Part shown: positions 8,151-16,985 of the stretch, piece by piece
Position numbering within the stretch: position 1 is the first letter of the stretch
How the letters are laid out: every line of letters starts with the position of its first letter
Origin: an uncultured Clostridia bacterium
Lineage (GTDB): Bacteria; Bacillota; Clostridia; Oscillospirales; Acutalibacteraceae
NCBI GenBank assembly: GCA_946610835.1
Contig: CAMOCU010000001.1
Location: 1-25,105 of the forward strand
Direction of reading: 5' to 3'
DNA: 25,105 nt
Notes under the pieces: generated by a model
Seen by the model: only the letters and a program-made list of their open reading frames with translations
Database searches by the model: none
Told to the model about the DNA's origin: nothing
Program-made: the position numbers and the translations under genes

Positions 8151-8540
8151 ATGACAACCGATACATACAGCAGCAAAGAGACTACATACAGAAAAGAGAC
8201 TACATACAGAAGCGAAGAGACGTTTAACGCGGAAGGCAAAACGCCGGGAGAAATCGACGCCTGGATAAAGGCGGAGAAGGAAAAGAACAAGAAAACGGAG
8301 TTTGTGCCCATGGATAAAGACGGCAACGTGCCGGACGCATATATCTGTCTCTGCCTTGACAAAGGCGAAGAAATCACGGACGGATCCGCAACGTTTTTCG
8401 GCGGCAACCACGAACTGTTAAGGTTGTTTGCTTTGCTGCACCAGTCCCTTGACGAGAATATGACGCTGAAACTTGCACATCTGCTTGGCGGGAAGCTGTA
8501 CCAAGCGGTGACTAAGAAGGAGGACAAGCCCGATGAATGA
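8151..8540 (+). CDS. Hypothetical protein with N-terminal tandem repeat
   Basis: 129 aa; RBS AAAGGAG; KETTYR x2. Confidence 0.7.
   Translation: MTTDTYSSKETTYRKETTYRSEETFNAEGKTPGEIDAWIKAEKEKNKKTEFVPMDKDGNVPDAYICLCLDKGEEITDGSATFFGGNHELLRLFALLHQSLDENMTLKLAHLLGGKLYQAVTKKEDKPDE
8175..8210 (+). repeat. 18-bp perfect tandem repeat x2
   Basis: aaagagactacatacaga at 8175-8192 and 8193-8210, with degenerate flanking copies. Confidence 0.9.
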
Positions 8541-9018
8541 CACTTTGCTCGAAGAAGAACGCCTGGAACGGCCGTTTGATCCGAATCGGAAAACGAGTGT
8601 GTGCGCATGGACTACCGCAGGCGTCAAAAAGCGCCTGACAGAGATTGCCGAAATGAAAAAGCAGAGCCTGTCGACGTACATGCGCGAGCTGCTGGAATTC
8701 GCCGCAGCCGAAGAACACATCGTCGCGAAACAAACGCCGTTTGATGCGGAGCACGAACAGGTCTGCGCGGAGAATCAAGCTTTGCGTGCGGAAAACGAAC
8801 TGCTCAAAACAGAGATCGATCAGCTCCGGCTGCAGCAGGACACGGCGGCGCAGACTGTGAGGATCGAAACGGTCGACGCTCAGCTGGAGGAAAAGCTGAT
8901 GTTTGTCGTCGCAATCGCGGAAACGCTGAACTGCCCGGAAGCAGCTACATACCGCAAACTTCTCCGGCTGTGCGGAATCGCCGAAAAATTTGACCGATGG
9001 AAGGGAGAAAGAACATGA
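8533..9018 (+). CDS. Ribbon-helix-helix (CopG-like) plus coiled-coil protein
   Basis: SVCAWTTAGVKKRLTEIAEMKKQSLSTYMRELLE followed by a heptad stretch; RBS AAGGAGG. Confidence 0.6.
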   Translation: MNDTLLEEERLERPFDPNRKTSVCAWTTAGVKKRLTEIAEMKKQSLSTYMRELLEFAAAEEHIVAKQTPFDAEHEQVCAENQALRAENELLKTEIDQLRLQQDTAAQTVRIETVDAQLEEKLMFVVAIAETLNCPEAATYRKLLRLCGIAEKFDRWKGERT

Positions 9019-9602
9019 AGCCGCATCACAAACAAGCTGCCGTCCTGCTGGGGATCCTGCTGGCCGTAATCCTGATGCTGTGTCTGCTCAAGACGCAGAT
9101 CGCCGAGGCGGATAAAGACGAGGAGGAAAGCACATGCAGCGTACAGATTGTGTATACCGAGGACACCGCATCCGAGACGACCACGGCGAGAGCGGAATAC
9201 CCGTCCGACCCGCTTGCGCCGTACTACGAGCTGACCATGGACGAGCGGGAGTGGATCGCAACGCTTGTCGCGGGCAAGGCTGTCGACCGGACACAGACGT
9301 GCCAGCAAGCCATCGCCACCGCCATCCTCAACGGAATTTTAAGCTGCCATGAGGACATCGGACAGGCCGTCCGGATGCAAAAGCTCTATGACCAAAAGAC
9401 ACCGACCGACGCGACCTATGCCGCTGTTGACGCTGTATTCGAGCGCGGCGAAGTGCTGCTGGACGATGATGTGCTGTGGTTTAACGACGTCGGTCATGCA
9501 TCGGATTTCCACGACAGCCTTGTGTACGTCTGCGAGTTCGACGGCATCGCGTTCTACAAGGCGCACAGTACGACGAGCGAGGCGGGAGGTATATCGGAAT
9601 GA
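9015..9602 (+). CDS. Membrane-anchored SleB/Hydrolase_2-like cell wall hydrolase homologue (degenerate)
   Basis: N-terminal hydrophobic helix; WIATLVAGKA...QQAIATAILN; YAAVDAVF...VLWF...GIAFYK pattern. Confidence 0.6.
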   Translation: MKPHHKQAAVLLGILLAVILMLCLLKTQIAEADKDEEESTCSVQIVYTEDTASETTTARAEYPSDPLAPYYELTMDEREWIATLVAGKAVDRTQTCQQAIATAILNGILSCHEDIGQAVRMQKLYDQKTPTDATYAAVDAVFERGEVLLDDDVLWFNDVGHASDFHDSLVYVCEFDGIAFYKAHSTTSEAGGISE

Positions 9603-11140
9603 ACGGACTGATTGTAGACAACTTCGCCGGAGGCGGCGGGGCATCGACCGGGATTGAAATGGCAACAGGACACAGCGTTGACATTGCGATCAATCACGAT
9701 CCGGCGGCAATCGCCATGCACCGCGCGAACCATCCGGCAACGCGTCACTACTGCGAGGATGTCTGGCAAGTCGATCCCGTAGAAGCTTGCGGCGGCCAGC
9801 CGGTTGCGCTGGCGTGGTTTTCGCCGGACTGCACGCACTTTTCCCGTGCGAAAGGCGGCAAGCCTGTCGATAAGAACATACGCGGTCTTGCATGGGTGAC
9901 GCTTCGCTGGGCGCTGAAAGTCCGCCCCGACGTCATCATGCTGGAGAATGTACCGGAAATACAAACGTGGGGTCCGCTGGGCGCGGACAACAAGCCGATC
10001 AAAGAACGCGCCGGGGAGACGTTTGACGGGTTTATCAAGGCGCTGACGACAGGGATGCACAGGGATCATCCGGCATTTTCCGAAGCGGTCAAAACGCTTG
10101 AACTGAACCCGGACGGCTGGATGGCTTGGGCAATCAAAGACGGTCTGCACTATACCGTTGAATACCGTGTTCTGACATCCTGCGACTACGGCGCGCCGAC
10201 GAAGCGAACACGCTTATATCTGATTGCACGTTGCGACGGAAAGCCGATTGTCTGGCCGAAGCCGACGCACGGTGACCCGGACAGCATCGAAGTGCGTACA
10301 GGGCAGAAGCAGCCGTGGCGGACTGCCGCCGAGTGTATTGACTGGTTATTACCGGCGCAGAGCATTTTCGAGCGCAAAAAGCCGCTTGCGGAAAACACGC
10401 TGCGCAGGATCGCGCGCGGGATCAAAAAGTATGTGATCGAAAATCCGCATCCTTTTGTGATTGAGAGAAACGGAAAAATCGAATCTGCCGCGTCATTGAT
10501 CCAGTATCACACCGAGACGAACCCGGACGAAGTGCGCGGACAGGCGCTCAATGAACCCCTCATGACGCAGGACACGTCGAACCGGTACGCGCTGTCGGTC
10601 GCGCATATCATGAAGAACTATGCAGGCGGGTATACCGGTTCCGGCAACGCTGCGGATAAGCCGCTCGGAACGGTCACGACAAAGGATCATAACAGCCTGA
10701 TCACAACGCACATCATGACGCTGCGCAACCATCAGGACGGACAGCCGATGGATGAACCGTTGTCGACCATCACGGCCGGCGGATCGCATCACGCCGAGGT
10801 ACAGGCGTTTCTGGTCAAATACTTCTCGACAGGCGCGGCAAAGAGCGTGACGGACCCGCTGGACACAATCACAACAAAAGACCGTTTCGCGCTGGTCACG
10901 ATCCATGGCGAAGAGTATGTCATTACAGACATCCGGATGCGGATGCTCCAGCCACGCGAACTGTTCAACGCGCAGGGCTTCCCGCCGGACTACATCATCG
11001 ACCACGATGCGGACGGCCACCCATACCCGAAATGCGAACAGACAGCAAGGTGCGGCAACGCCGTGACGCCGCCTGTCGCGTGTGCGCTGGTACTGGCAAA
11101 CCTGCCGGAATTATGTGAAGGAGCTGAAACAAATGGCTGA
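9599..11140 (+). CDS. DNA (cytosine-5) methyltransferase, phage type
   Basis: Motif I DNFAGGGG, IV FSPDC, VI MLENV, VIII YGAPTKRTRLY, IX RMLQPRELFNAQGF, X CGNAV. Confidence 0.95.
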   Translation: MNGLIVDNFAGGGGASTGIEMATGHSVDIAINHDPAAIAMHRANHPATRHYCEDVWQVDPVEACGGQPVALAWFSPDCTHFSRAKGGKPVDKNIRGLAWVTLRWALKVRPDVIMLENVPEIQTWGPLGADNKPIKERAGETFDGFIKALTTGMHRDHPAFSEAVKTLELNPDGWMAWAIKDGLHYTVEYRVLTSCDYGAPTKRTRLYLIARCDGKPIVWPKPTHGDPDSIEVRTGQKQPWRTAAECIDWLLPAQSIFERKKPLAENTLRRIARGIKKYVIENPHPFVIERNGKIESAASLIQYHTETNPDEVRGQALNEPLMTQDTSNRYALSVAHIMKNYAGGYTGSGNAADKPLGTVTTKDHNSLITTHIMTLRNHQDGQPMDEPLSTITAGGSHHAEVQAFLVKYFSTGAAKSVTDPLDTITTKDRFALVTIHGEEYVITDIRMRMLQPRELFNAQGFPPDYIIDHDADGHPYPKCEQTARCGNAVTPPVACALVLANLPELCEGAETNG

Positions 11141-11455
11141 TTACACAATAGGGCTTGATAATGAGCCGGAAAAGTTTTTTGCGTCCTATTTGCAGCTAAT
11201 CAGGAAGCATCATTTAGATCTCGAGATAGAATTTAACAAATTATGCGAAATAACTATTCGCGTATACTCAACGGTCAAAGGGAAGAGATATGGGTTCTCT
11301 GTGATGCATGATGACCAAAACATAGCTTTTTTTTATGCAAACAAACAGCTTTGTAAATTTGCCGAAATGATACAAGGGAGCCCGGAACAGGATGTGACGA
11401 CGTGAACGAGACGGGAGGTCCCGTGGAATGAAGGAGCTGAAACAAATGGCTGATT
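11116..11455 (+). repeat. 27-bp direct repeat containing RBS and start codon
   Basis: tgaaggagctgaaacaaatggctgatt at 11116-11142 and 11429-11455. Confidence 0.92.
11133..11405 (+). CDS. Hypothetical protein (AT-rich cassette)
   Basis: Start at ATG 11133 behind AAGGAG; 90 aa MADYTIGLDNEPEKFF... Confidence 0.65.
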   Translation: MADYTIGLDNEPEKFFASYLQLIRKHHLDLEIEFNKLCEITIRVYSTVKGKRYGFSVMHDDQNIAFFYANKQLCKFAEMIQGSPEQDVTT

Positions 11456-11865
11456 GCACAAATACGGCTGAGTTTCTCGCTGAGTGGGCGCGGATGCACG
11501 ACGCTCAACAGTGCGACGAACACGGTTTTCCGAAAGAGACATGTACGGACGATAACTGTATCGGTTGCCCGTTGGACATTGGTCTGGATTGCAAAGAGTT
11601 CGCTTTTCGCAATATCAACCACGCGATAACTAAGGTGCAGAAGTGGTCGAAAGAACACCCACTGCCGAAGCCGAAGACGTATGCGGATGTGTTCTTTGAG
11701 AGATTTCCAAACAATACAATTTTGACACGGTTTCCTAAAGATTTTTTGTGGATGAATAGTTTATGCCGTGATGTTTATTTTGGCGGCGTAGATTGTTGTC
11801 CGGGCAGAGATTGTAAATCCTGTTGGAACGAACCGTACCCGGAACAGGAGGCACCCAATGAATAA
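11446..11865 (+). CDS. Cys-rich phage hypothetical protein
   Basis: CIGCPL, KWSKEHP..KTYADVFFERFPN, CKSCWNEP; start at ATG 11446. Confidence 0.75.
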   Translation: MADCTNTAEFLAEWARMHDAQQCDEHGFPKETCTDDNCIGCPLDIGLDCKEFAFRNINHAITKVQKWSKEHPLPKPKTYADVFFERFPNNTILTRFPKDFLWMNSLCRDVYFGGVDCCPGRDCKSCWNEPYPEQEAPNE

Positions 11866-12328
11866 AGCAGTAATGCTGTCAATCCGGCCGGAATTGTGCG
11901 CAAAATTCGCATTCGGTGAAAAGACCGTTGAAGTGCGAAAAACGCGTCCAATGCTCGATCCGCCGTTCAAGTGTTACATATACGAGACGAAAGGTCGAAT
12001 GAAAATCAACCGTGGAGGCTGGCACCTATGGCGCATCGGATTCGGTGCTATTGTCGGTGAGTTTATCTGCGACAGAATCGAATATCTCGACATAGATTCT
12101 GAGGGTGTCGGTTTTTGGGAAAATAATGATTTTCTGTATTTGGTCAACCTGCCGGGCTGGAAAACAGCAATGACCAGACAAGACATAATCAGGTATTGCA
12201 ACGCGAAGCGACCGTATGGATGGCATATCTCCGGTCTCAAAATCTACGATGAACCGCGTCCGCTGTCTGATTTCGGGCTGAAACGCCCGCCGCAAAGCTG
12301 GTGCTATGTGAAGGAGGTGAACGAATGA
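11858..12328 (+). CDS. ASCH domain protein
   Basis: AVMLSIRP...GEKTVEVRK (GxKxxExR), GAIVGEF, WHIS, PPQSWCYV. Confidence 0.85.
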   Translation: MNKAVMLSIRPELCAKFAFGEKTVEVRKTRPMLDPPFKCYIYETKGRMKINRGGWHLWRIGFGAIVGEFICDRIEYLDIDSEGVGFWENNDFLYLVNLPGWKTAMTRQDIIRYCNAKRPYGWHISGLKIYDEPRPLSDFGLKRPPQSWCYVKEVNE

Positions 12329-12645
12329 AACGCAAGAAAATCTACGTCTGCGCACCGTACAGCGGGACACTGGAAGAGATGCTGCACAACCGCAAGCTGA
12401 CGATCGACCGCTGCTATGCGCTGTATGCACAAGGGTATCACCCGATCGCACCGCAGCTGTTTTATCCGTCTTTTCTGGATGAAGACGACCCCGAACAGCG
12501 TCAATTCGGACTGGATGCAGGTCTGGAATGGCTGGCGATGTGCGACGAAATCTTTGTCTACGGCAGCCGCACCACAGCCGGTATGCTCCGTGAGATCGAC
12601 TATGCACTCGACCACGGCATTCCCTCACGCTATGTGCCGGAATAA
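12325..12645 (+). CDS. DUF4406 / nucleoside 2-deoxyribosyltransferase-like protein
   Basis: KIYVCAPYSG...PIAPQLF...LEWLAMCDEIFVYG...TAGMLREIDYA; RBS AAGGAGG, ATG 12325. Confidence 0.8.
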   Translation: MKRKKIYVCAPYSGTLEEMLHNRKLTIDRCYALYAQGYHPIAPQLFYPSFLDEDDPEQRQFGLDAGLEWLAMCDEIFVYGSRTTAGMLREIDYALDHGIPSRYVPE

Positions 12646-12731
12646 AAAAGGCCGCCTGCGAGCTGGCACTCAACGGACGGCACAGGTAAAACCCTTAATT
12701 CTATTGTAATTATAAAATCACATATTGCCAA
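12644..12731 (-). ncRNA. Putative antisense mini-transcript (promoter plus terminator)
   Basis: TTGGCA (12731-12726) - N17 - TACAAT (12708-12703), then hairpin GCCGTC...GGCGGC and a T6 tract ending at 12644. Confidence 0.4.
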
Positions 12732-12743
12732 GGAGTGAAAAAC

Positions 12744-13268
12744 ATGAGCGAAAACCTTACACATTGGAAATCATGCTTCGACAACAAATATCTTGGCGCA
12801 TACGCTTTAGAGCCAGGAAAAGATATGGTATTAACCATAAAGTCAGCCAAGGAAGAAAAGGTAATCGGAAATGCAGGTAAAGAAGAAAAACGCCCTGTGT
12901 TGTACTTCTATGAAGCAGTCAAACCAATGGTTGTCAACAGCATCAACGGAAATACACTCAGACAGCTATTTAAATCACCGTTTTTGGAAAAATGGAAAGA
13001 TCAGAAAATACAAATATATGTTGAATATGGAATTAAAGCATTTGGTTCAATTTCAGATGGACTTCGCGTGCGGCCGTTTCTGCCGAAATCGGAAACGTAC
13101 ACCTGCGCAGACTGCGGACAGGAGATCACACCTGCCGCGAACATGACAGCGCAGCAGGTCGCAGAGCACACGCATAAGACATACGGGCGGACGCTGTGCG
13201 CTGCGTGCGGCGCGAAAGCGAAACAGGCGGCACAGGCCGCTAAACAGGAAGGAGACGTACTGTCATGA
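12744..13268 (+). CDS. Conserved-looking phage recombination-module protein with C-terminal Zn ribbon
   Basis: THWK...KYLGAY...KPMVVNSIN...W; CADC...LCAAC; RBS AAGGAG, ATG 12744. Confidence 0.75.
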   Translation: MSENLTHWKSCFDNKYLGAYALEPGKDMVLTIKSAKEEKVIGNAGKEEKRPVLYFYEAVKPMVVNSINGNTLRQLFKSPFLEKWKDQKIQIYVEYGIKAFGSISDGLRVRPFLPKSETYTCADCGQEITPAANMTAQQVAEHTHKTYGRTLCAACGAKAKQAAQAAKQEGDVLS

Positions 13269-14695
13269 AAATCACGAAAATCAAAATTCGCAATCTGTTC
13301 GGCATTAAGGAAATGGAGCTGGACGGTTCCGACATCGAAGTGACCGGCGCAAACGGCGTAGGTAAGACATCCATCCTCGACGCGATCCGCTACGCGCTGA
13401 CCAACGACAGCGACAGGCAGTACATCATCCGCAACGGCGAGAGCGAGGGAGAAATCTACATTGAGACAGACACGGGCGTCACGATCGACCGCCGCAAGCG
13501 GACAAGCCAGGCGGATTACAAGGCGGTCAAGGACGGGCGCAACATGGTCACAGCACCGGAGTCGTTCCTGCGCACGCTGTTTTCCGATTTGCAAATCAAT
13601 CCTGTCGAGTTCATCCGGCTGCCGGTCAAGGAGATGAACCGCGCCATTCTCGATCTGATCGACTTTCAGTGGGATCTGAATTGGATTCGTGCGCAGTTCG
13701 GCGAAATACCCGAAGGGGTCGACTACGCGCAGAACATTCTGCAGGTACTGTTCGACATTCAGGCCGAGAACGGTCCGTATTTCATGCGCCGGCAGGACGT
13801 CAACCGCGACATCCGCAGCAAAAACGCGGTCATTTCCGAGATTGCCGCCGCGATCCCGCACGGGTACGACGCGGAGAAATGGCGCGGCTATGACATGCGC
13901 GCACTGTATGAGCGACTGACAAAAGCGACGCAGACGAACAATCTGATCGAGCGTGCGCGGGCGTTCCGTGACAGCTACGACAACAAGGTGCGCGGCTTCC
14001 AGGCGGAACGTGAGATCGCTGCGACGGCGCTGCGTGAACAGACACAGGCCGAGCGTGACCGGCTGCGCAAGGCGATTGCGGATGCACAATCGGAAATCCG
14101 TGCCGCCGAGGAAAAGCTGGCAGCGCTCGACGGTCAGCTTGCGGACAAGCTTGCCGTGGAGGACGCCAATTACGAAAAGAAGATCGCCCAGCTGCAGAAG
14201 GACATCGGCAAGGCATCGGAATACACCGACATGGAGCCGGTCGACACGAAGCCGCTGCAGGAAGAGATCGACACCGCCGAGGCGATGCGTGCGCACCTGA
14301 ACGAATACGACCGAATGCGCCGTATGCAGACCGATGTTGAAGCGCTCAGCGAGAAGAGCGCGGAGCTGACGGAAAAGATCGAGCTGGCGCGGACGCTGCC
14401 TGGGCAGATTCTTCAAAGCGCCACGATCCCGGTCGAAGGGCTGACTGTTCAGGACGGCGTTCCGATGATCCACGGACTTCCGGTGTCCAATCTGTCCGAG
14501 GGCGAAAAGCTGCAGCTGTGCGTGGACGTCGCGCTGTCGAAGCCGAACGGCCTCCAGATCATCCTCATGGACGGTGTGGAGAAGCTGAGCGAAACGAACC
14601 GCGAGAAACTGTACGCGCGGTGCAAGGAAAAGGGCGTACAGTTCATCGCTACGCGCACGACCGACGCGAACGAATTGCAGGTGACGACGCTGTGA
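13265..14695 (+). CDS. SMC/RecN/SbcC-like AAA ATPase
   Basis: Walker A GANGVGKT, central coiled coil, signature LSEGEK, Walker B ILMDGVE. Confidence 0.92.
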   Translation: MKITKIKIRNLFGIKEMELDGSDIEVTGANGVGKTSILDAIRYALTNDSDRQYIIRNGESEGEIYIETDTGVTIDRRKRTSQADYKAVKDGRNMVTAPESFLRTLFSDLQINPVEFIRLPVKEMNRAILDLIDFQWDLNWIRAQFGEIPEGVDYAQNILQVLFDIQAENGPYFMRRQDVNRDIRSKNAVISEIAAAIPHGYDAEKWRGYDMRALYERLTKATQTNNLIERARAFRDSYDNKVRGFQAEREIAATALREQTQAERDRLRKAIADAQSEIRAAEEKLAALDGQLADKLAVEDANYEKKIAQLQKDIGKASEYTDMEPVDTKPLQEEIDTAEAMRAHLNEYDRMRRMQTDVEALSEKSAELTEKIELARTLPGQILQSATIPVEGLTVQDGVPMIHGLPVSNLSEGEKLQLCVDVALSKPNGLQIILMDGVEKLSETNREKLYARCKEKGVQFIATRTTDANELQVTTL

Positions 14696-15468
14696 CACTG
14701 ACGAAAGAGACCTACTTCTCGCCGGAAATGATGCGGGCATATATGTCCGTCAGTCAGTTCAAGACGTTCGAGAAGTGCGAATACATGGGTGTCGCTGAAC
14801 TGCGCGGCGAATACGTCCGCCCGATGACGACGTCGCTGCTGGTCGGATCGTATGTGGACGCACACTTTGAGCGGACGCTCGACTTGTTCCGTGCCATGCA
14901 TCCGGATCTTTACAAGCGCGACGGCACGCTGAAACAGGAATACAAACAGGCGGAGCAGATCATCGAGCGCATCGAACGGGACGCACTTTTCATGCGGTAC
15001 ATGGATGGCGAGCCGCAGGTCATCATGACCGGAGAGATCGCAGGCGTACCGGTCAAGATCAAGATCGACGCCTATCATCCGCACCGTGCAATCGTCGACC
15101 TGAAGATCATGCGCGGTTTTGAGCCGCTGTATGTGCCGGGAGAAGGGCGGCTGAATTTCATCGAGGCGTGGCGGTACGACCTGCAGGGCGCGGTATATCA
15201 GGAAGTTGTCCGTCAGAACACCGGAGAAACGCTGCCGTTTTTTATCGCGGCAGCCACAAAGGAACCAGTCACGGACATTGCCGTGATCCGCGTCCCGGAC
15301 GCGCAGCTTGCGGCCTGTCTCGAAATATTCAAGGCAAACGCGCCGCGCTACCAGCTTTTGAAAGACGGCGGTGCGGAGCCGGTCCGATGCGAACGCTGCG
15401 ACGCCTGCAAGATCACTAAGACGCTGACCGGCATCATGACTATGGAGGAGCTGAACAATATTGAATAA
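14692..15468 (+). CDS. PD-(D/E)XK exonuclease-like protein (DUF3799/RecE-like)
   Basis: YMSVSQFK, LLVGSYVDAHF, KIKID...IVDLK, YDLQGAVYQ; GTG start at 14692 coupled to the upstream TGA. Confidence 0.85.
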   Translation: MTLTKETYFSPEMMRAYMSVSQFKTFEKCEYMGVAELRGEYVRPMTTSLLVGSYVDAHFERTLDLFRAMHPDLYKRDGTLKQEYKQAEQIIERIERDALFMRYMDGEPQVIMTGEIAGVPVKIKIDAYHPHRAIVDLKIMRGFEPLYVPGEGRLNFIEAWRYDLQGAVYQEVVRQNTGETLPFFIAAATKEPVTDIAVIRVPDAQLAACLEIFKANAPRYQLLKDGGAEPVRCERCDACKITKTLTGIMTMEELNNIE

Positions 15469-15892
15469 CGTATGTCTAATGGGTCGGCTGACGCGCGACC
15501 CGGAGCTGAAAACGACGAACAGCGGGAAAGAGGTATGCAATTTCTCCGTTGCCGTCAACCGTCGATACAAACCGCAGGACGGACAGGAGGCGGATTTCAT
15601 CGACTGCCAGTGCTGGGGCGGCACAGCCGTTTTCGTTGAGAAGTATTTTCAAAAGGGCAAGATGATCGCCGTACAGGGCGAAATGCAGACGCGCAAATAC
15701 CAGGACAGGAACGGCAACAACCGTGTCGCTGTATACGTCAACGTGAACGCTGTCGACTTCTGCGGCGGCAAATCCGAGGACGGCGGCAGCGGACAAGCTG
15801 CGCCGACGGCATACAGCGCACCCGCTCCGGCGCCGTCTGCCGCGTCGAGTTTGGATGTGGCAATGGACGACGATGACGAACTTCCGTTCTAA
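15461..15892 (+). CDS. ssb: Single-stranded DNA-binding protein
   Basis: NNVCLMGRLTRDPELK, FSVAVNR, ADFIDC, KGKMIAVQGEMQTRKY, acidic tail DDDDELPF. Confidence 0.96.
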   Translation: MNNVCLMGRLTRDPELKTTNSGKEVCNFSVAVNRRYKPQDGQEADFIDCQCWGGTAVFVEKYFQKGKMIAVQGEMQTRKYQDRNGNNRVAVYVNVNAVDFCGGKSEDGGSGQAAPTAYSAPAPAPSAASSLDVAMDDDDELPF

Positions 15893-15906
15893 GGGTGGGT
15901 GTACAT

Positions 15907-16431
15907 ATGACCATACAAATCGACACGCGCGAAAAGCCGCGGGCAATCGTGCGCATCCGCGACTACTTCGACCGAAACGGGATTGAATATTTCATGGAAA
16001 AGCTGGACGTCGGCGACTATATGCTGATCGGCAATCCGACTTTGGTCATTGACCGTAAACAGAACCTCGAAGAGCTGTGCAAGAACGTGTCCACCGTGCC
16101 GCAGAAGGACGCATCCGGCCGCATCAAGCGCGGCAGGGACGGCAAGCCCCTGACCGATCATGCGCGGTTTATCCGTGAGCTGGAACGTGCGCGGGAACGC
16201 GGCGTGCAGCTGGTTATCCTGTGCGAGCACGGCGGCAGCATTCGGACGCTGTCGGACGTAGCAGGCTGGGTCAACCCACGGCTTCGGGAATCAAAACTGG
16301 CCATGTCCGGCAAGCGCCTGCACCAGATCCTCTTGACGCTCGAAAAGACCTACGGCGTGCAGTTCCGGTTCTGTGACAAACGACGCACAGGGTCGGAGAT
16401 CGTGCGCATCTTGTCTGGTGATGCGCTGTGA
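15907..16431 (+). CDS. ERCC4-domain structure-specific nuclease (resolvase-like)
   Basis: IQIDTREK, LDVGDY, IDRKQNLEEL, RFIRELERA. Confidence 0.85.
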   Translation: MTIQIDTREKPRAIVRIRDYFDRNGIEYFMEKLDVGDYMLIGNPTLVIDRKQNLEELCKNVSTVPQKDASGRIKRGRDGKPLTDHARFIRELERARERGVQLVILCEHGGSIRTLSDVAGWVNPRLRESKLAMSGKRLHQILLTLEKTYGVQFRFCDKRRTGSEIVRILSGDAL

Positions 16432-16985
16432 GAGACCTGTCCGTATATGCAAAAGACGCTGCTGCTGCTGTCGAGATGCGGCACGCGCTCGAAAACTACG
16501 GCATTGAAGTGAACCGGGCGGGGTATGCGCTCTGCCCGTTTCACGACGAAAAGACAGGCAGCCTGAAAGTCTATCCGCACTCGTTCTACTGCTACGGCTG
16601 CGGCAAAGGCGGCGACGTGATCACGTTGGTGCGATCCCTTTTCGATCTGTCGTTCCGCGACGCACTTATAAAGGTCAACGCAGATTTCGCGCTGGGACTG
16701 CCGATTGACAAAAAGCCGACGATCCGTCAGAGGCGGGCAGCGCAGGAGAAACGCCGGGAGCTGGAGCGTGCGCAAATGCACAGACAACGGGCGCACATTG
16801 AAAACTGGGAATCGTATCTGGATCTTGTCGTTGAATGGGAGCTGTGCGGATTATACATCAGAAACTACAAGCCGGTGCCCGGTGACGACACGCTGCATCC
16901 GTGGTTTGTCAAGGCGTTACGACGGCGAGACTATCTGGACTATCTGATGAACAGTTATGTTTTTTACGAGGAGGAAAGCGCATGA
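16428..16985 (+). CDS. CHC2 zinc-finger (primase Zn-binding domain) protein
   Basis: LCPFHDEKTGSLKVY...FYCYGCGKGGDVI. Confidence 0.88.
   Translation: MRDLSVYAKDAAAAVEMRHALENYGIEVNRAGYALCPFHDEKTGSLKVYPHSFYCYGCGKGGDVITLVRSLFDLSFRDALIKVNADFALGLPIDKKPTIRQRRAAQEKRRELERAQMHRQRAHIENWESYLDLVVEWELCGLYIRNYKPVPGDDTLHPWFVKALRRRDYLDYLMNSYVFYEEESA

Noticed and set aside
14518-14691. Long N-terminal extensions in the ORF track (also 11082, 16901, 22064)
   Set aside because: They overlap upstream genes in another frame; RBS or coupling supports the later starts.
13001-14740. 579-aa minus-strand ORF, and similar long antisense ORFs (14449-15624, 17687-18730, 23767-24543)
   Set aside because: Antisense shadows of GC-rich phage genes; no RBS or recognisable motifs.
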